Assembly: GCF_006345805.1 (NCBI RefSeq)
Contig: NC_043026.1
Coordinates: forward strand, 434,001-498,000
Source of the DNA: Octopus sinensis
Taxonomy: Eukaryota
Length of the DNA: 64,000 nucleotides
Direction: 5' to 3'
Positions 13,700 to 28,078 of this stretch are shown piece by piece. Within the stretch, counting starts at the first letter, position 1; every line of letters starts with the position of its first letter. The position numbers and the translations under genes are program-made. Under the pieces are notes generated by a model, which searched no databases, was not told where the DNA came from, and saw only the letters and a list, made by a program, of their open reading frames with translations.

Positions 13700-14109
13700 G
13701 GACCTTTTCGGTTTGAACGGCAGTTTTTAACATAATTTCTAGGTAACTAAAAAATTTTAAACTTCGTATACTGGTAGAATGTGTTTATAAAACATCTTTT
13801 TCTCTTGGTTTTATTGAGAAAATTCTATAGTTTGTAAGATATTTGTTGTTTTTTTCTTCAATTTCTGCAATTTCAACCAATCACTGACGTCCATTGAGGT
13901 AAACAACATTCTGTGCCGTATGACTATGTCCCTCGTTTAAGAAACAGATTGGGTTTATTTACATTTCTGAAGAGAAAAAGATACCCTTCCCCTCACCCCT
14001 AACCCTAAAACAGATTGAAATACAATAGATCGATACTAGGGTCATAATTATGGGTGACTATTTCATATGACACCGCTAGAAAAAACTGCCGTTCAAACCG
14101 AAAAGATCC
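13700..14109. mobile_element. Non-autonomous DNA transposon (MITE), Merlin-like
   Basis: ~29-bp TIRs GGACCTTTTCGGTTTGAACGGCAGTTTTT / AAAAACTGCCGTTCAAACCGAAAAGATCC; exact 8-bp TSD CTCTACAC (13692-13699, 14110-14117); GG..CC termini. Confidence 0.8.
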
Positions 14110-15193
14110 CTCTACACTTTAGTTTGTTATGTGAAGGGTTGATTAATGTCATAACGTTCCTCTGATCTCCCTACAGTCTTCAACTCTCAAGATTTTCCTC
14201 TATTACCCACATTATCCACATGACATAGGTCTTCAAATATGGCGGCACTATCTACTGCTCTCAGCGCGATATGATGGAGATGATGTGTTCGTGTAGGTGG
14301 AGATATTAAAGCTGAACCGGTAATGTCGCTATGGCAAAGATTTCCATTGTAGAAAGTCCTTGAAACCCGTCAACGTGGATGAGTCAACCAGGACATGTTC
14401 ATACTTCTGCACCGAACACAATCAATTTCAATCATTGATTGTTGACTTTAAGAGATATCTTTCTTCATTTCATGACGAATAAACACGCACACATTTTTAT
14501 TTCGATGCTTCTTAATTACAAAGATAACACCTGCAGATTCACATACACATACACACACATGCACACATATAACGATTAAAACTTCATAGGCCTTGAACTG
14601 GAAATAAGATTTATAGCTTAGTTAACGCAGGTGTTATATTATGAAGATAATACACACTCCTGTCACAACTTGGGACCCTAATATTTTTTATTCAACATTT
14701 CATCTATTCAATAAGACAATCAATACTTCATTTCATTTTACTATATAGGGAATTACATCCGTGTTTCGTGGTCTGCTACCACAACAGCTCCTTTATAGGA
14801 TCCAGTTAGCTCAATCATCATCAGGAGGAACCACGTCCAGTTTCGGCCCCTACTTCTCTACCGTTTTGACGTGGCGGGGCCCCCCTCCTTTCGGAAGTGT
14901 CTTCAGCTCTGGTGTTGGGTGCATGTCTTCTTTCTTCTTCTTTCTTCTGTTCCCTGGCCTCTTCGATGTATCTTCAGCGAGTGTCAGCCGGTGACTGACT
15001 TGTTAAAATTTTCCCCTTTAAATACCTGCCGCTAGGCTCCAGCAGGCAGCCCCAGCAAGTTGTCACGTGACACTTATTCTATATTCTACATTAATATTAT
15101 AAAGAATATAAATAAAACATAAAAACAGAGTTGGAATTTCTTTGAATAATATATATGTATATATATATATATGTATATATATGTATATGTATA

Positions 15194-15263
<70 letters not shown>

Positions 15264-15361
15264 GTGTATATATGTATATATATGTATATATATGTATATA
15301 TATATATATATATATATACATATATGTATATATATATGTGTATATATATGTATATATATAT

Positions 15362-15412
<51 letters not shown>

Positions 15413-17263
15413 TAGAAATATATATATGTGTATATATGTATGTAGTATATATATATATATGTTTGTATGTATGTATGTATGTATGTTTGTGTGTATGCGT
15501 TTGTCACTCCAACATCGCTGAACAACCGATGCTGGTGTGTTTACGTCCCCGTAACTTATCTACATATACATTGTAGATAAAAGAAAGAAAAAAAGAAAGG
15601 AGAAATGAATTTTCTGCAAGGGAAGTAAATTGGTGAGGGCCATAGGAGGGATTAATTTACGTTAAGTTTAAGACGAGGGAAGGGTACCAGGAACGGAGAT
15701 GAAAAAAAAGGGAAAAACGCAGGCGGATGTTGTAGCCATAAATACATTGACTTAACAAAAGATGAGATGGCCACATTTGGAATTATGTAAGTCATAGATC
15801 AGAGTTGATCTGGTGTTTGAGGAACTTCACAAACTCTTGCTCACTTCACAATGTAAACACACACACTAATCTTAACTTCTACATCCCCTTATCATAATAC
15901 ATACGTTCACAGGCAAAACAGAATGCGATAGAAAAAAATTAAACACTTACTTTCACTGGGGTTGAGGGCCGCCCCTACACTCTTTAGATAGTTATGTGAG
16001 GGGCTGATGACAGGATTGTTCATTAATGGCACAGCTTTTCTCTGCCCTTCCTGCCGTCTTCTACTGTCAATATTTTCTTCTATTACCAACAATAGAGTCT
16101 ACAGATATCTAGGTTCTTCACAAATGCCAGTCCTGTCCACTGCTCCAAGTCCTATGTTTTCTTATCAGCATTACTTACAGATTCTGGTATGGCCCTAAAT
16201 GAATAAAACACAGAGGCTGTCCACTGCTGTCAGTACCATCCCATCAGATAAAGCTCGTTTACTTGTATGCCAGTATTTCTCTACTGAAGTGAAAACAAAA
16301 GCTTTTCAAAACGCCTCGTTTGCTCGTTATGTAGGAGAAAGTCCTTGAATTAAGAGAGACATGCGCTTCACAAAAGATATAGAAAATACAGCTAAGTAGA
16401 TACTGAAGGAGTTCTGATGTTAGTAACTTCGTTGCTGCACATCTTGTGATGGTGACGTTATAGTATTAATGCCAGGTGACTGGATCTTTTGATGTTGCTG
16501 TTTCACGTCGTTTCACTCAAGGCATCTATTGTAGAAATGCATTCAAATCCATCAACAAAGCTGGTGCAATGAATACATAGATCTGAACCAGTGCACAATC
16601 AATTTTAACAACTGATATATGACATATCAAACGCTTTTTCTGCATTTTATGACAAATGCAGGCACAAACACACCGGCCTCCAACTTTTTCCATTGATCTT
16701 ACAAACATAAAAAGAACAGTTTTCACCAGTTTCTCACTACATGAAACATGGAAATTTTCGGTGCATGTTTATTATAAAGATAACACAAACCCCTATTCAC
16801 TCGAACATGCACACAGATAGATGGCGATTCAAAACATCCTGGCCATTGACTTGTAATTCGGTGTTATAATTAATTATGGCTGAGTCTAGGTACACAGATA
16901 AGCTATGTATATATGTATCTGGTACTGATGAAGGGTAAGACCCTGAAACCAATCCTAGTCTACTGGTCTTGCCACCGCTGGAAGGGAGGTGCTCGATCCC
17001 TAGCGCGCAATATATCGGACACAGATATTGTGTCATGTTAACCATGTTGAGGTGGCAACAAACATTACCCACACGCGCACACACATATATATATACATAT
17101 CTCTATATACATATATATACATACATATATGTATATATACATATATATGTGCATATATATATATACATATATATATACACATATATATATATATACATAC
17201 ATACATATATGTATACATACATATATACATGCATATATATATGTGTGTGTGTATGTGTGTATA

Positions 17264-17348
<85 letters not shown>

Positions 17349-17435
17349 GTTATTATTACCGAGTTCACAGGGGAGAGAAATTCAATTTAGTGGTACTGAA
17401 ATGAATTTCTCGCTGTATTATATACATATATATAT

Positions 17436-18139
17436 AGATAGGTTTAAGACCTTCAAGCAACTCAAATAACATTGAACGACATTATCTATGATAGAGATAT
17501 ATAAGATTAACTTTTGTCAAAATTAATGTCTACAATTATTATTCTGAATCATATATTAAATTATATAGACAACGCACGTTTCATGACAATATATCTATCG
17601 GTATTGCTGAAATAGAAATTCAATACCATATTAATCCGACTATAGTGCCAATATTCAGGTCTGGATTATATAAAACTAATTTACTATTTACATCCTATAT
17701 AAACACATGACAATCGTCGAAATAATTATTACTAAATACAGAACAAAAATGAAGAAGAAAAAATAAGAAGAAAAATAAGAAAAAGAAATAGAAATATTAA
17801 CTTTTTTTTGAAAATTCCCTCTTCGCGAATCAATTATGGCTTCCAGGGGAAAAATGTATAATCCAACCTTGAGAGCTCCGGTGTAAGAGAGATAAGAGTT
17901 AAGATATGGAGATGTAAACACACCAACACCAGTCGTCAATCGGTAGTTGGAGACAAACACATACGCAAAGACACACAGGTAAAGAGATACATACATGTGT
18001 GTGTGTCTAAGATTATATGTATATAAATACATACATTCATACGGATATACATATATTTATACCTATATATATATACAAATAATATATAATGTATATGTAT
18101 ATATATATAATATATTATATATATATATATAATATATTA

Positions 18140-18182
<43 letters not shown>

Positions 18183-18185
18183 TAT

Positions 18186-18231
<46 letters not shown>

Positions 18232-18997
18232 CTGGGTTGGTTCCATTCCATTGCGTGTAAATTTGGGCAAGTGTCCTTCTACCTCGGGCCGTGCGTGGAT
18301 TTGATAGACGGAAACTGAATGAAGCATGTCGTATGTATATATTATATACATATATATATAGATAGGTTTAAGACCTTCAAGCAACTCAAATAACATTGAA
18401 CGACATTATCTATGATAGAGATATATAAGATTACTTTTGTCAAAATTAATGTCTACAATTATTATTCTGATCATATATTAAATTATATAGACAACGCACG
18501 TTTCATGACAATATATCTATCGGTATTGCTGAAATAGAATTCAATACCATATTAATCCGACTATAGTGCAATATTCAGGTCTGGATTATATAAAACTAAT
18601 TTACTATTTACATCCTATATAAACACATGACATCGTCGAAATATTATTACTAAATACGAACAAAAATGAAGAAGAAAAAATAAGAAGAAAAATAAGAAAA
18701 AGAAATAGAATATTAACTTTTTTTTGAAAATTCCTCTTCGCGAATCAATTATGGCTTCCAGGGGAAAAATGTATAATCCAACCTTGAGAGCTCCGGTGTA
18801 AGAGAGATAAGAGTTGATATGGAGATGTAAACACCCAACCCAGTCGTCAATCGGTAGTTGGAGACAAACACATACGCAAGACACAGGTAAAGAGATACAT
18901 ACATTGTGTGTGTCTAAGATTATATTATATAAATACATACATTCATACGGAATATACATTATATAATACCTATATATATACCATATATATATATGTA

Positions 18998-19038
<41 letters not shown>

Positions 19039-19184
19039 TTATATATATATATATATAGTCCTGGGTTTGGTTCATTCCATTGCGTGTAAATTTGGGCAAG
19101 TGTCTTCTACCTCGGGCCGTGCGTGGATTTGATAGACGGAAACTGAATGAAGCATGTCGTATGTATATATATAATATATATTAT

Positions 19185-19190
<6 letters not shown>
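17436..19190 (+). repeat. Tandem duplication of a ~930-bp segment
   Basis: GATAGGTTTAAGACCTTCAAGC starts at ~17436 and at 18361; collinear, mostly indel differences. Confidence 0.9.
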
Positions 19191-19221
<31 letters not shown>

Positions 19222-19269
19222 CTATATATTATATATAATATATATATATATATATAATATATATATATA

Positions 19270-19303
<34 letters not shown>

Positions 19304-19575
19304 GTGTGTGTGTGTATATATTTCATCGTGACTGTCTTTGTCACTCCACCATCGCTTGACAATTGAACTTGGTGTGTTTACGTCCCCGTGACTTAGCGGT
19401 TCGGCAAAAGAAACCAATAGAATTTGTACCATGGATCGATTTCTTCGACTAAAATGGTCGTGCTCCAGCATGACCACTATCAAAATGATTGAAATAAATA
19501 ATGGATAAGAGAATAAACGAATGTATGTGTGTGTGTAATAATATAAATAATCTATATATACATAAATAATATATA

Positions 19576-19783
19576 CTCTTTACTCTTTTACTTGTTTCAG
19601 TCATTTGACTGCGGCTATGTTGAAGCACCGCCTTTAATCGAGCAACTCGACCCCGGGACTTATTCTTTTGTAAGCCCAGTACTTATTCTATCGGTCTCTT
19701 TTGCCGAACCGCTAAGTAACGGGGACGTAAACACACCAGCATCGGTTGTCAAGCAATGCTAGGGGGACAAACACAGACACACA

Positions 19784-19827
<44 letters not shown>

Positions 19828-19960
19828 ATACGACAGGCTTCTTTTCAGTTTCCGTCTACCAAATCCACTCACAAGGCTTTGGTCTGCCCGAGGCGCCACG
19901 CAGATCCTGGAACCATGTGGCTGGTAAACAAGCTACTTACCACACAGCCACTCCTGCGAC
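19576..19960 (-). mobile_element. SINE (family A), minus strand
   Basis: Reverse complement of 56765-57166, with an internal deletion. Confidence 0.85.
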
Positions 19961-20084
19961 TATATATATATATATATATACACACATATATACGACGGGC
20001 TTCTTTCAGTTTCCGTCTACCAAATCCACTCACAAGGCATTGGTCGGCCCGAGACTATAGTAGAAGACCCTTTCCCAAGGTTCC

Positions 20085-23000
20085 CTGCTTGTGTCTTGAA
20101 GATGTGTCAACACCAACTTGCACCCCCTCTAGCCAATCTGTGGCGGAACTCACTGGATGCTGGATATATACAAGAAGACCTTCTATCCCAGTCTGTTGTC
20201 CCAGTTTTCAAAAAAGAAAACAAATCGCTTGCCGTGAATTACCGTCCAATCTCACTCACCTCTCATATCATTAAGGTATTTGAGAGAGTGCTGAGATCGC
20301 GTATGACTCACTTCCTTGAGAGTCATAATATGCTGAACACCAACCAGCATGGATTCCGTAATGGAAGAGATTGCCTGACGCAGCTACTGCATCATTTTGA
20401 TGACATTTTGAGAGCCTTGGGAGAGGGTTCCAACACTGATGTCATCTACGTTAATTTCAGCAAGGCATTTGACAGGGTTGATCATAAGATCGTTTTTGAG
20501 AAAGCTGTCCAATATTGGTGTCACTGGAAAGCTGCTGCAGTGGATCAAGTGCTTACTGTCTAACAGAACCCAACATGTTGTAGTCGAAGGAGTCAAATCC
20601 AGCCCAGCCAAAGTCAGCAGTGGTGTCCCACAAGGCACTATGTTGGGCCCACTTCTCTTCATCATCTACGTTAATGATATTACTGACACCATCAAACACA
20701 GTAACATCAGAACCTTCGCTGGTGATTCCAAGCTCCAGGAGGTCATCAATGGCGTGGATGACCGAATAAGCCTTCAGTCAGACCTACTGGCTGTTGTCCA
20801 AAGTCAGCAGTGGTGTCCACAGGCACTGTGTTGGGCCCACTTCTCTTCATCATCTACATTAATGATATTACTGACACCATCAAACACAGTAACATCAGAA
20901 CCTTCGCTGGTGATTCCAAGCTCCAGAATGTTATCAATGGCGTGAATGACCGAATAAGCCTTCAGTCAGACCTACTGGCTGTTGTCCAAAGTCAGCAGTG
21001 GTGTCCCACAAGGCACTGTGTTGGGCCCACTTCTCTTCATCATCTACATTAATGATATTACTGACACCATCAAACACAGTAACATCAGAACCTTCGCTGG
21101 TGATTCCAAGCTCCAGGAGGTCATCAATGGCGTGGATGACCGAATAAGCCTTCAGTCAGACCTACTGGCTGTTGTCCAAAGTCAGCAGTGGTGTCCCACA
21201 AGGCACTGTGTTGGGCCCACTTCTCTTCATCATCTACATTAATGATATTACTGACACCATCAAACACAGTACATCAGAACCTTCGCTGGTGATTCCAAGC
21301 TCCAGAAGGTCATCAATGGCGTGGATGACCGAATAAGCCTTCAACAGACCTACTGGCTGTTGTCCAAAGTCAGCAGTAGTGTCCCACGGCACTGTGTTGG
21401 GCCCACTTCTCTTCATCATCTACATTAATGATATTACTGACACCATCAACACAGTAACATCAGAACCTTCGCTGGTGATTCCAAGCTCCAGAATGTCATC
21501 AATGGCGTGGATGACCGAATAAGCCTTCAGTCAGACCTACTAGCTGTTGTCCAAAGTCAGCAGTGGTGTCCACAGGCACTGTGTTGGGCCCACTTCTCTT
21601 CATCATCTACATTAATGATATTACTGACACCATCACAAACAGTAACATCAGAACCTTCGCTGGTGATTCCAAGCTCCAGGAGTCATCAATGCGTGGATGA
21701 CCGAATAAGCCTTCAGTCAGACCTACTGGCTGTTGTCCAAAGTCAGCAGTGGTGTCCACAAGGCACTGTGTTGGGCCCTTCTCTTCATCATCTACATTAA
21801 TGATATTACTGACACCATCAAACACAGTAACATCAGAATCTTCGCTGGTGATTCCAAGCTCCAAAGGTCATCAATGGCGTGGATGACCGAATAAGCCTTC
21901 AGTCAGACCTACTGGCAGTTGTCCAAAGTCAGCAGTGGTGTCCCACAAGGCACTGTGTTGGCCCACTTCTCTTCATCATCTACATTAATGATATTACTGA
22001 CACCATCAAACACAGTAACATCAGACACTTCGCTGTGATTCCAAGCTCCAGAAGTCATCAATGGCGTGGATGACCGAATAAGCCTTCAGTCAGACCTACT
22101 GGCAGTTGTCCAAAGTCAGCAGTGGTGTCCCACAAGGCACTGTGTTGGGCCCACTTCTCTTCATCATCTACATTAATGATATTACTGCCCCATCAAACAC
22201 AGTAACATCAGAACCTTCGCTGGTGATTCCAAGCTCCAGGAGGTCATCAATGGCGTGGATGACCGAATAAGCCTTCAGTCAGACCTACTGCTGTTGTCCA
22301 AAGTCAGCAGTGGTGTCCAACAAGGCACTGTGTTGGGCCCACTTCTCTTCATCATCTACATTATGATATTACTGACACCATCAAACACAGTAACATCAGA
22401 ACCTTCGCTGGTGATTCCAAGCTCCAAGGTCATCAATGGCGTGGATGACCGAATAAGCCTTCATCAGACCTACTGGCTGTTGTCCAAAGTCAGCAGTGGT
22501 GTCCCACAAGGCACTGTGTTGGCCCACTTCTCTTCATCATCTACATATGATATTACTGACACTTCTGACACCATCAAACCAGTAACATCAGAACCTTCGC
22601 TGGTGATTCCAAGCTCCAGGAGGTCATCAATGGCGTGGATGACCGAGAAGCCTTCAGTCAGACCTACTGGCTGTTGTCCAAAGTCAGCAGTGGTGTCCCA
22701 CAAGGCACTGTGTTGGGCCCACTTCTCTTCATCATCTACATTAATGATATTACTGACACCATCAAACACAGTAACATCAGAACCTTCGCTGGTGATTCCA
22801 AGCTCCAGGAGGTCATCAATGGCGTGGATGACCGAATAAGCCTTCAGTCAGACCTACTGGCTGTTGTCCAAAGTCAGCAGTGGTGTCCCACAAGGCACTG
22901 TGTTGGGCCCACTTCTCTTCATCATCTACATTAATGATATTACTGACACCATCAAACACAGTAACATCAGAACCTTCGCTGGTGATTCCAAGCTCCAGGA

Positions 23001-25200
23001 GGTCATCAATGGCGTGGATGACCGAATAAGCCTTCAGTCAGACCTACTGGCTGTTGTCCAAAGTCAGCAGTGGTGTCCCACAAGGCACTGTGTTGGGCCC
23101 ACTTCTCTTCATCATCTACATTAATGATATTACTGACACCATCAAACACAGTAACATCAGAACCTTCGCTGGTGATTCCAAGCTCCAGAATGTCATCAAT
23201 GGCGTGGATGACCGAATAAGCCTTCAGTCAGTCCTACTGGCTGTTGTCCAAAGTCAGCAGTGGTGTCCCACAAGGCACTGTGTTGGGCCCACTTCTCTTC
23301 ATCATCTACATTAATGATATTACTGACACCATCAAACACAGTAACATCAGAACCTTCGCTGGTGATTCCAAGCTCCAGAATGTCATCAATGGCGTGGATG
23401 ACCGAATAAGCCTTCAGTCAGTCCTACTGCTGTTGTCCAAAGTCAGCAGTGGTGTCCCACAAGGCACTGTGTTGGGCCCACTTCTCTTCATCATCTACAT
23501 TAATGATATTACTGACACCATCAAACACAGTAACATCATAACCTTCGCTGGTGATTCCAGCTCCAGGAGGTCATCAATGGCGTGGATGACCGAATAAGCC
23601 TTCAGTCAGACCTACTGGCTGTTGTCCAAAGTCAGCAGTGGTGTCCCACAGGCACTGTGTTTGGGCCCCCTTCTCTTCATCATCTACATTAATGATATTA
23701 CTGACACCATCAAACACAGTAACATCAGAATCTTCGCTGGTGATTCCAAGCTCCAGATGTCATCAATGGCGTGGATGACCGAATAAGCCTTCAGTCAGAC
23801 CTACTGGCTGTTGTCCAAAGTCAGCGGTGGTGTCCCACAAGGCACTGTGTTGGGCCCACTTCTCTTCATCATCTACATTAATGATATTACTGACACCATC
23901 AAACACAGTAACATCAGAACCATCGCTGGTGATTCCAAGCTCCAGAAGGTCATCAATGGCGTGGATGACCGAATAAGCCTTCAGTCAGACCTACTGGCAG
24001 TTGTCCAAAGTCAGCAGTGGTGTCCCACAAGGCACTGTGTTGGGCCCACTTCTCTTCATCATCTACATTAATGATATTACTGACACCATCAAACACAGTA
24101 ACATCAGAACCTTCGCTGGTGATTCCAAGCTCCAGGAGGTCATCAGTGGCGTGGATGACCGAATAAGCCTTCAGTCAGACCTACTGGCTGTTGTCCAAAG
24201 TCAGCAGTGGTGTCCCACAAGGCACTGTGTTGGGCCCACTTCTCTTCATCATCTACATTAATGATATTACTGACACCATCAAACACAGTAACATCAGAAT
24301 CTTCGCTGGTGATTCCAAGCTCCAGGAGGTCATCAATGGCGTGGATGACCGAATAAGCCTTCAGTCAGACCTACTGGCTGTTGTCCAAAGTCAGCAGTGG
24401 TGTCCCACAAGGCACTGTGTTGGGCCCACTTCTCTTCATCATCTACATTAATGATATTACTGACACCATCAAACACAGTAACATCAGAACCTTCGCTGGT
24501 GATTCCAAGCTCCAGGAGGTCATCAATGGCATGGATGACCGAATAAGCCTTCAGTCAGACCTACTGGCAGTTGTCCAAAGTCAGCAGTGGTGTCCCACAA
24601 GGCACTGTGTTGGGCCCACTTCTCTTCATCATCTACATTAATGATATTACTGACACCATCAAACACAGTAACATCAGAACCTTCGCTGGTGATTCCAAGC
24701 TCCAGGAGGTCATCAATGGCGTGGATGACCGAATAAGCCTTCAGTCAGACCTACTGGCTGTTGTCCAAAGTCAGCAGTGGTGTCCCACAAGGCACTGTGT
24801 TGGGCCCACTTCTCTTCATCATCTACATTAATGATATTACTGACACCATCAAACACAGTAACATCAGAACCTTCGCTGGTGATTCCAAGCTCCAGGAGGT
24901 CATCAATGGCGTGGATGACCGAATAAGTCTTCAGTCAGACCTACTGGCTGTTGTCCAAAGTCAGCAGTGGTGTCCCACAAGGCACTGTGTTGGGCCCACT
25001 TCTCTTCATCATCTACATTAATGATATTACTGACACCATCAAACACAGTAACATCAGAACCTTCGCTGGTGATTCCAAGCTCCAGGAGGTCATCAATGGC
25101 GTGGATGACCGAATAAGTCTTCAGTCAGACCTACTGGCTGTTGTCGAATGGGCGGAAAAGAACAACATGTTGCTAAACGAATACAAATTCGAACTGATCC
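20085..25200 (+). mobile_element. CR1/L2-like LINE RT region, interrupted by the 190-bp array
   Basis: NYRPISLTSHIIKVFERV, NQHGFRNGRDCLTQLL, NFSKAFDRVDH, GVPQGTMLGPLLF, FAGDSKL...VEWAEKNNMLLN. Confidence 0.9.
20609..25145 (+). repeat. Tandem array of ~24 x 190-bp units from RT domains 4-5
   Basis: Unit CAAAGTCAGCAGTGG...CTGGCTGTTGTC. ORF starts recur at exact 190-nt spacing (23811, 24001, 24191, 24381, 24571, 24761, 24951). Confidence 0.97.
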
Positions 25201-25539
25201 ACATGCATATACATGCATACATGGGTACAGGACGTAAAAAAATGTGAAAATGGAAAACAAGATTATAAGAAAAAAAAACCAGGGAGAACGAATTTTTGTC
25301 GAACAAAGAAAGAAACAAATAGAAAAATAAGACAGGCAACATAAAGAACAATCCCTTCATCAGTTGTCGACACACAAACACATATTTGTATATATATTTA
25401 TATAGGCGCAGGAGTGGCTGTGTGGTAAGTAGCTTGCTAACCAACCACATGGTTCCGGGTGTCTTCTGCTATAGCCCCGGGCCGACCAATGCCTTGTGAG
25501 TGGATTTAGTGGACGGAAACTGAAAGAAGCCTGTCGTAT

Positions 25540-25960
25540 GCCCAAATGACCTAAACATTAGCTTCAAGGTCCATCCAAGACTTGGACCACGGGCTATACG
25601 TCCCCTGCCAAATTCAAGATCACAACATACATGTACACTGCAACATAATTTCTTTTCCTCAACAGGCCCTGCCCTATTTAACATTGTCCCGAGGGAGATC
25701 AAAGAGGAAAAGGATCCCATCAACTTTAAACAGAGTCTGGATAGATTCCTTCAAAGAATACCAGATAAGCCACCCATAATTGGATACAACTCACCCAACA
25801 AGAACTCACTACTTGAACAAAACTGGATACAACTCACCCAACAAGAACTCACTACTTGAACAAAACTTGACTTAAACACGATTCGAATAATCCTATCAGG
25901 TGGTGCTATTAAGTTAGACATGGCCTGGACCAATCTCTGGTCGAAACATATCTAAGTTTT
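25540..25960 (+). mobile_element. LINE 3'-terminal fragment nested in a SINE
   Basis: TGPALFNIVPREIKEEKDPINFKQSLDRFLQRIPDKP...NKNSLLE, with a 43-bp internal tandem duplication. SINE halves lie at 25405-25540 and 26065-26290. Confidence 0.75.
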
Positions 25961-25966
25961 ATCTAA

Positions 25967-26075
<109 letters not shown>

Positions 26076-26499
26076 TGTGTGTCTGTGTTTGTCCCCCTAG
26101 CATTGCTTGACAACCGATGCTGGTGTGTTAACGTCCCCGTCACCTAGCGGTTCGGCAAAAAGAGACCGATAGAATAAGTACTGGGCTTACAAAGAATATG
26201 TTCCGGGGTCGATTTGCTCGACTAAAGGCGGTGCTCCAGCATGGCCGCAGTCAAATGACTGAAACAAGTAAAAGAGTAAAAAGAAAAAAGAGTAATATAT
26301 TTATATATATTTATATATATATTTATATATATATTTATAATGTCTATACGCATAAGGATATGTATATTACATATGCAGAAATAAACACACACTTCCTCTT
26401 CTGCCTCTTATCTCTCTCACACCATGTAGTTTTCCCTGTTTCTTTCTCTCGCTCAACTTCTCTCAGTTTATCTCTCTCTCACTCTCTCTTACTGTCTCA

Positions 26500-26562
<63 letters not shown>

Positions 26563-27043
26563 AATAATTTGTCAAAATCGTGCAGGAACAGGAAATCAGA
26601 CGAATTTGTCTGACATAACAATCTATGCTTTTACACATTCACTTAACTGAAAAGCGGCCATTTTGTCACAAAGACACCTAAAGGATTTTCTTTTGTTTTT
26701 CTTTTCGATTGCATCGATCCAAGGTCTTATGTCAGGTTTTTATTTCTTTTATCGATCTCTACTCACACAATGGATACGTTGCCTTTATGACAACAGTGTG
26801 TGCATCATGAACCACAGGTTTGTAAAAGGTTGCCGCTATTATGTTTACATAAATCCATCAATTAATACAAACAATCGTTCCGTTGTTGTGAGTAAATAGA
26901 GCGGAAGATTTTGATTACTGTAATCAATCGCGTTTCCTTCACACGCCTTCTATACTTGTATGTGCCACACACACACGCACACAGATGTGTGTGTATAGAT
27001 AGATAGATAGATAGATATGCATGCATATGTATGTGTGCGTCTC

Positions 27044-27075
<32 letters not shown>

Positions 27076-27111
27076 CAGTATCTATGTGCAGGCATATATA
27101 TATACGTATAA

Positions 27112-27242
<131 letters not shown>

Positions 27243-28039
27243 TATACATATACATACACACACCATACACATATATATACATATATATATATATGCATAC
27301 CCATATATGATATATGATATATGACATATATATATGAATATATTATATGCATATATATATCTATATATATATATATATATATATTTAAAAAAGGAGATGT
27401 GGAACACGAGTTGTGATATATAAAAAAAGAAATGAAGAAAATGCTGACAAAATATTTAAGTAAGGGAGAGTGTATTTAATTAGGTGAAAGTTCTTTTTTT
27501 AAACAAAAAAGAGAAAAATTGGGTTAGAATACAATGTTCATTTTTTGTGAATGATTTCAGTGTATAAGAAAAAAAGTAAGAGTCTTTTACAGTGTTCTGT
27601 TTCAGAATAAGATATTTAGTAAAAGCGTGTAATATGCAGTTTTTTTGGAAAAGTTCAATGTCAGATTTCAGTGTAGAATAAAAAAGTAAGAGTTTACCGG
27701 TTGCGCATTTGTTATGCTTATCAAAAGATATTTTGAGTGAGATAGAGTTCCTTTCTGATTGATTTTTTTCTCTTATCAGATAAGAGCTCCGCTCGAAACG
27801 TTAAACCCTCCTTCTTCCTTTCCTTCTTTCCTTCTGCGTCCAATAATACTATATTTGTTCCACGTCCTCGCGTTGTTGTGTTTTTTTTGTGCTTTCTGTT
27901 TGGATTAACTTTATATTTGTATATATATTATATATATATTAATATATATATATATATTATATATATATGTATATATATATATATATATATATCTATATAT
28001 GTATATATATATGTATATATATGTATATGTATATATATG

Positions 28040-28078
<39 letters not shown>

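Noticed and set aside
13995-14010. Interstitial telomere (CCCTAA)2
   Set aside because: Only two units, internal to the MITE.
16590-16660. RT motif (DISNAFS) in the duplicated block
   Set aside because: Isolated motif with adjacent stops and no other RT domains.
20609-25145. CRISPR-like array or repeated RT gene cluster
   Set aside because: Units are near-identical with no unique spacers and frameshift at every junction; the context is eukaryotic.
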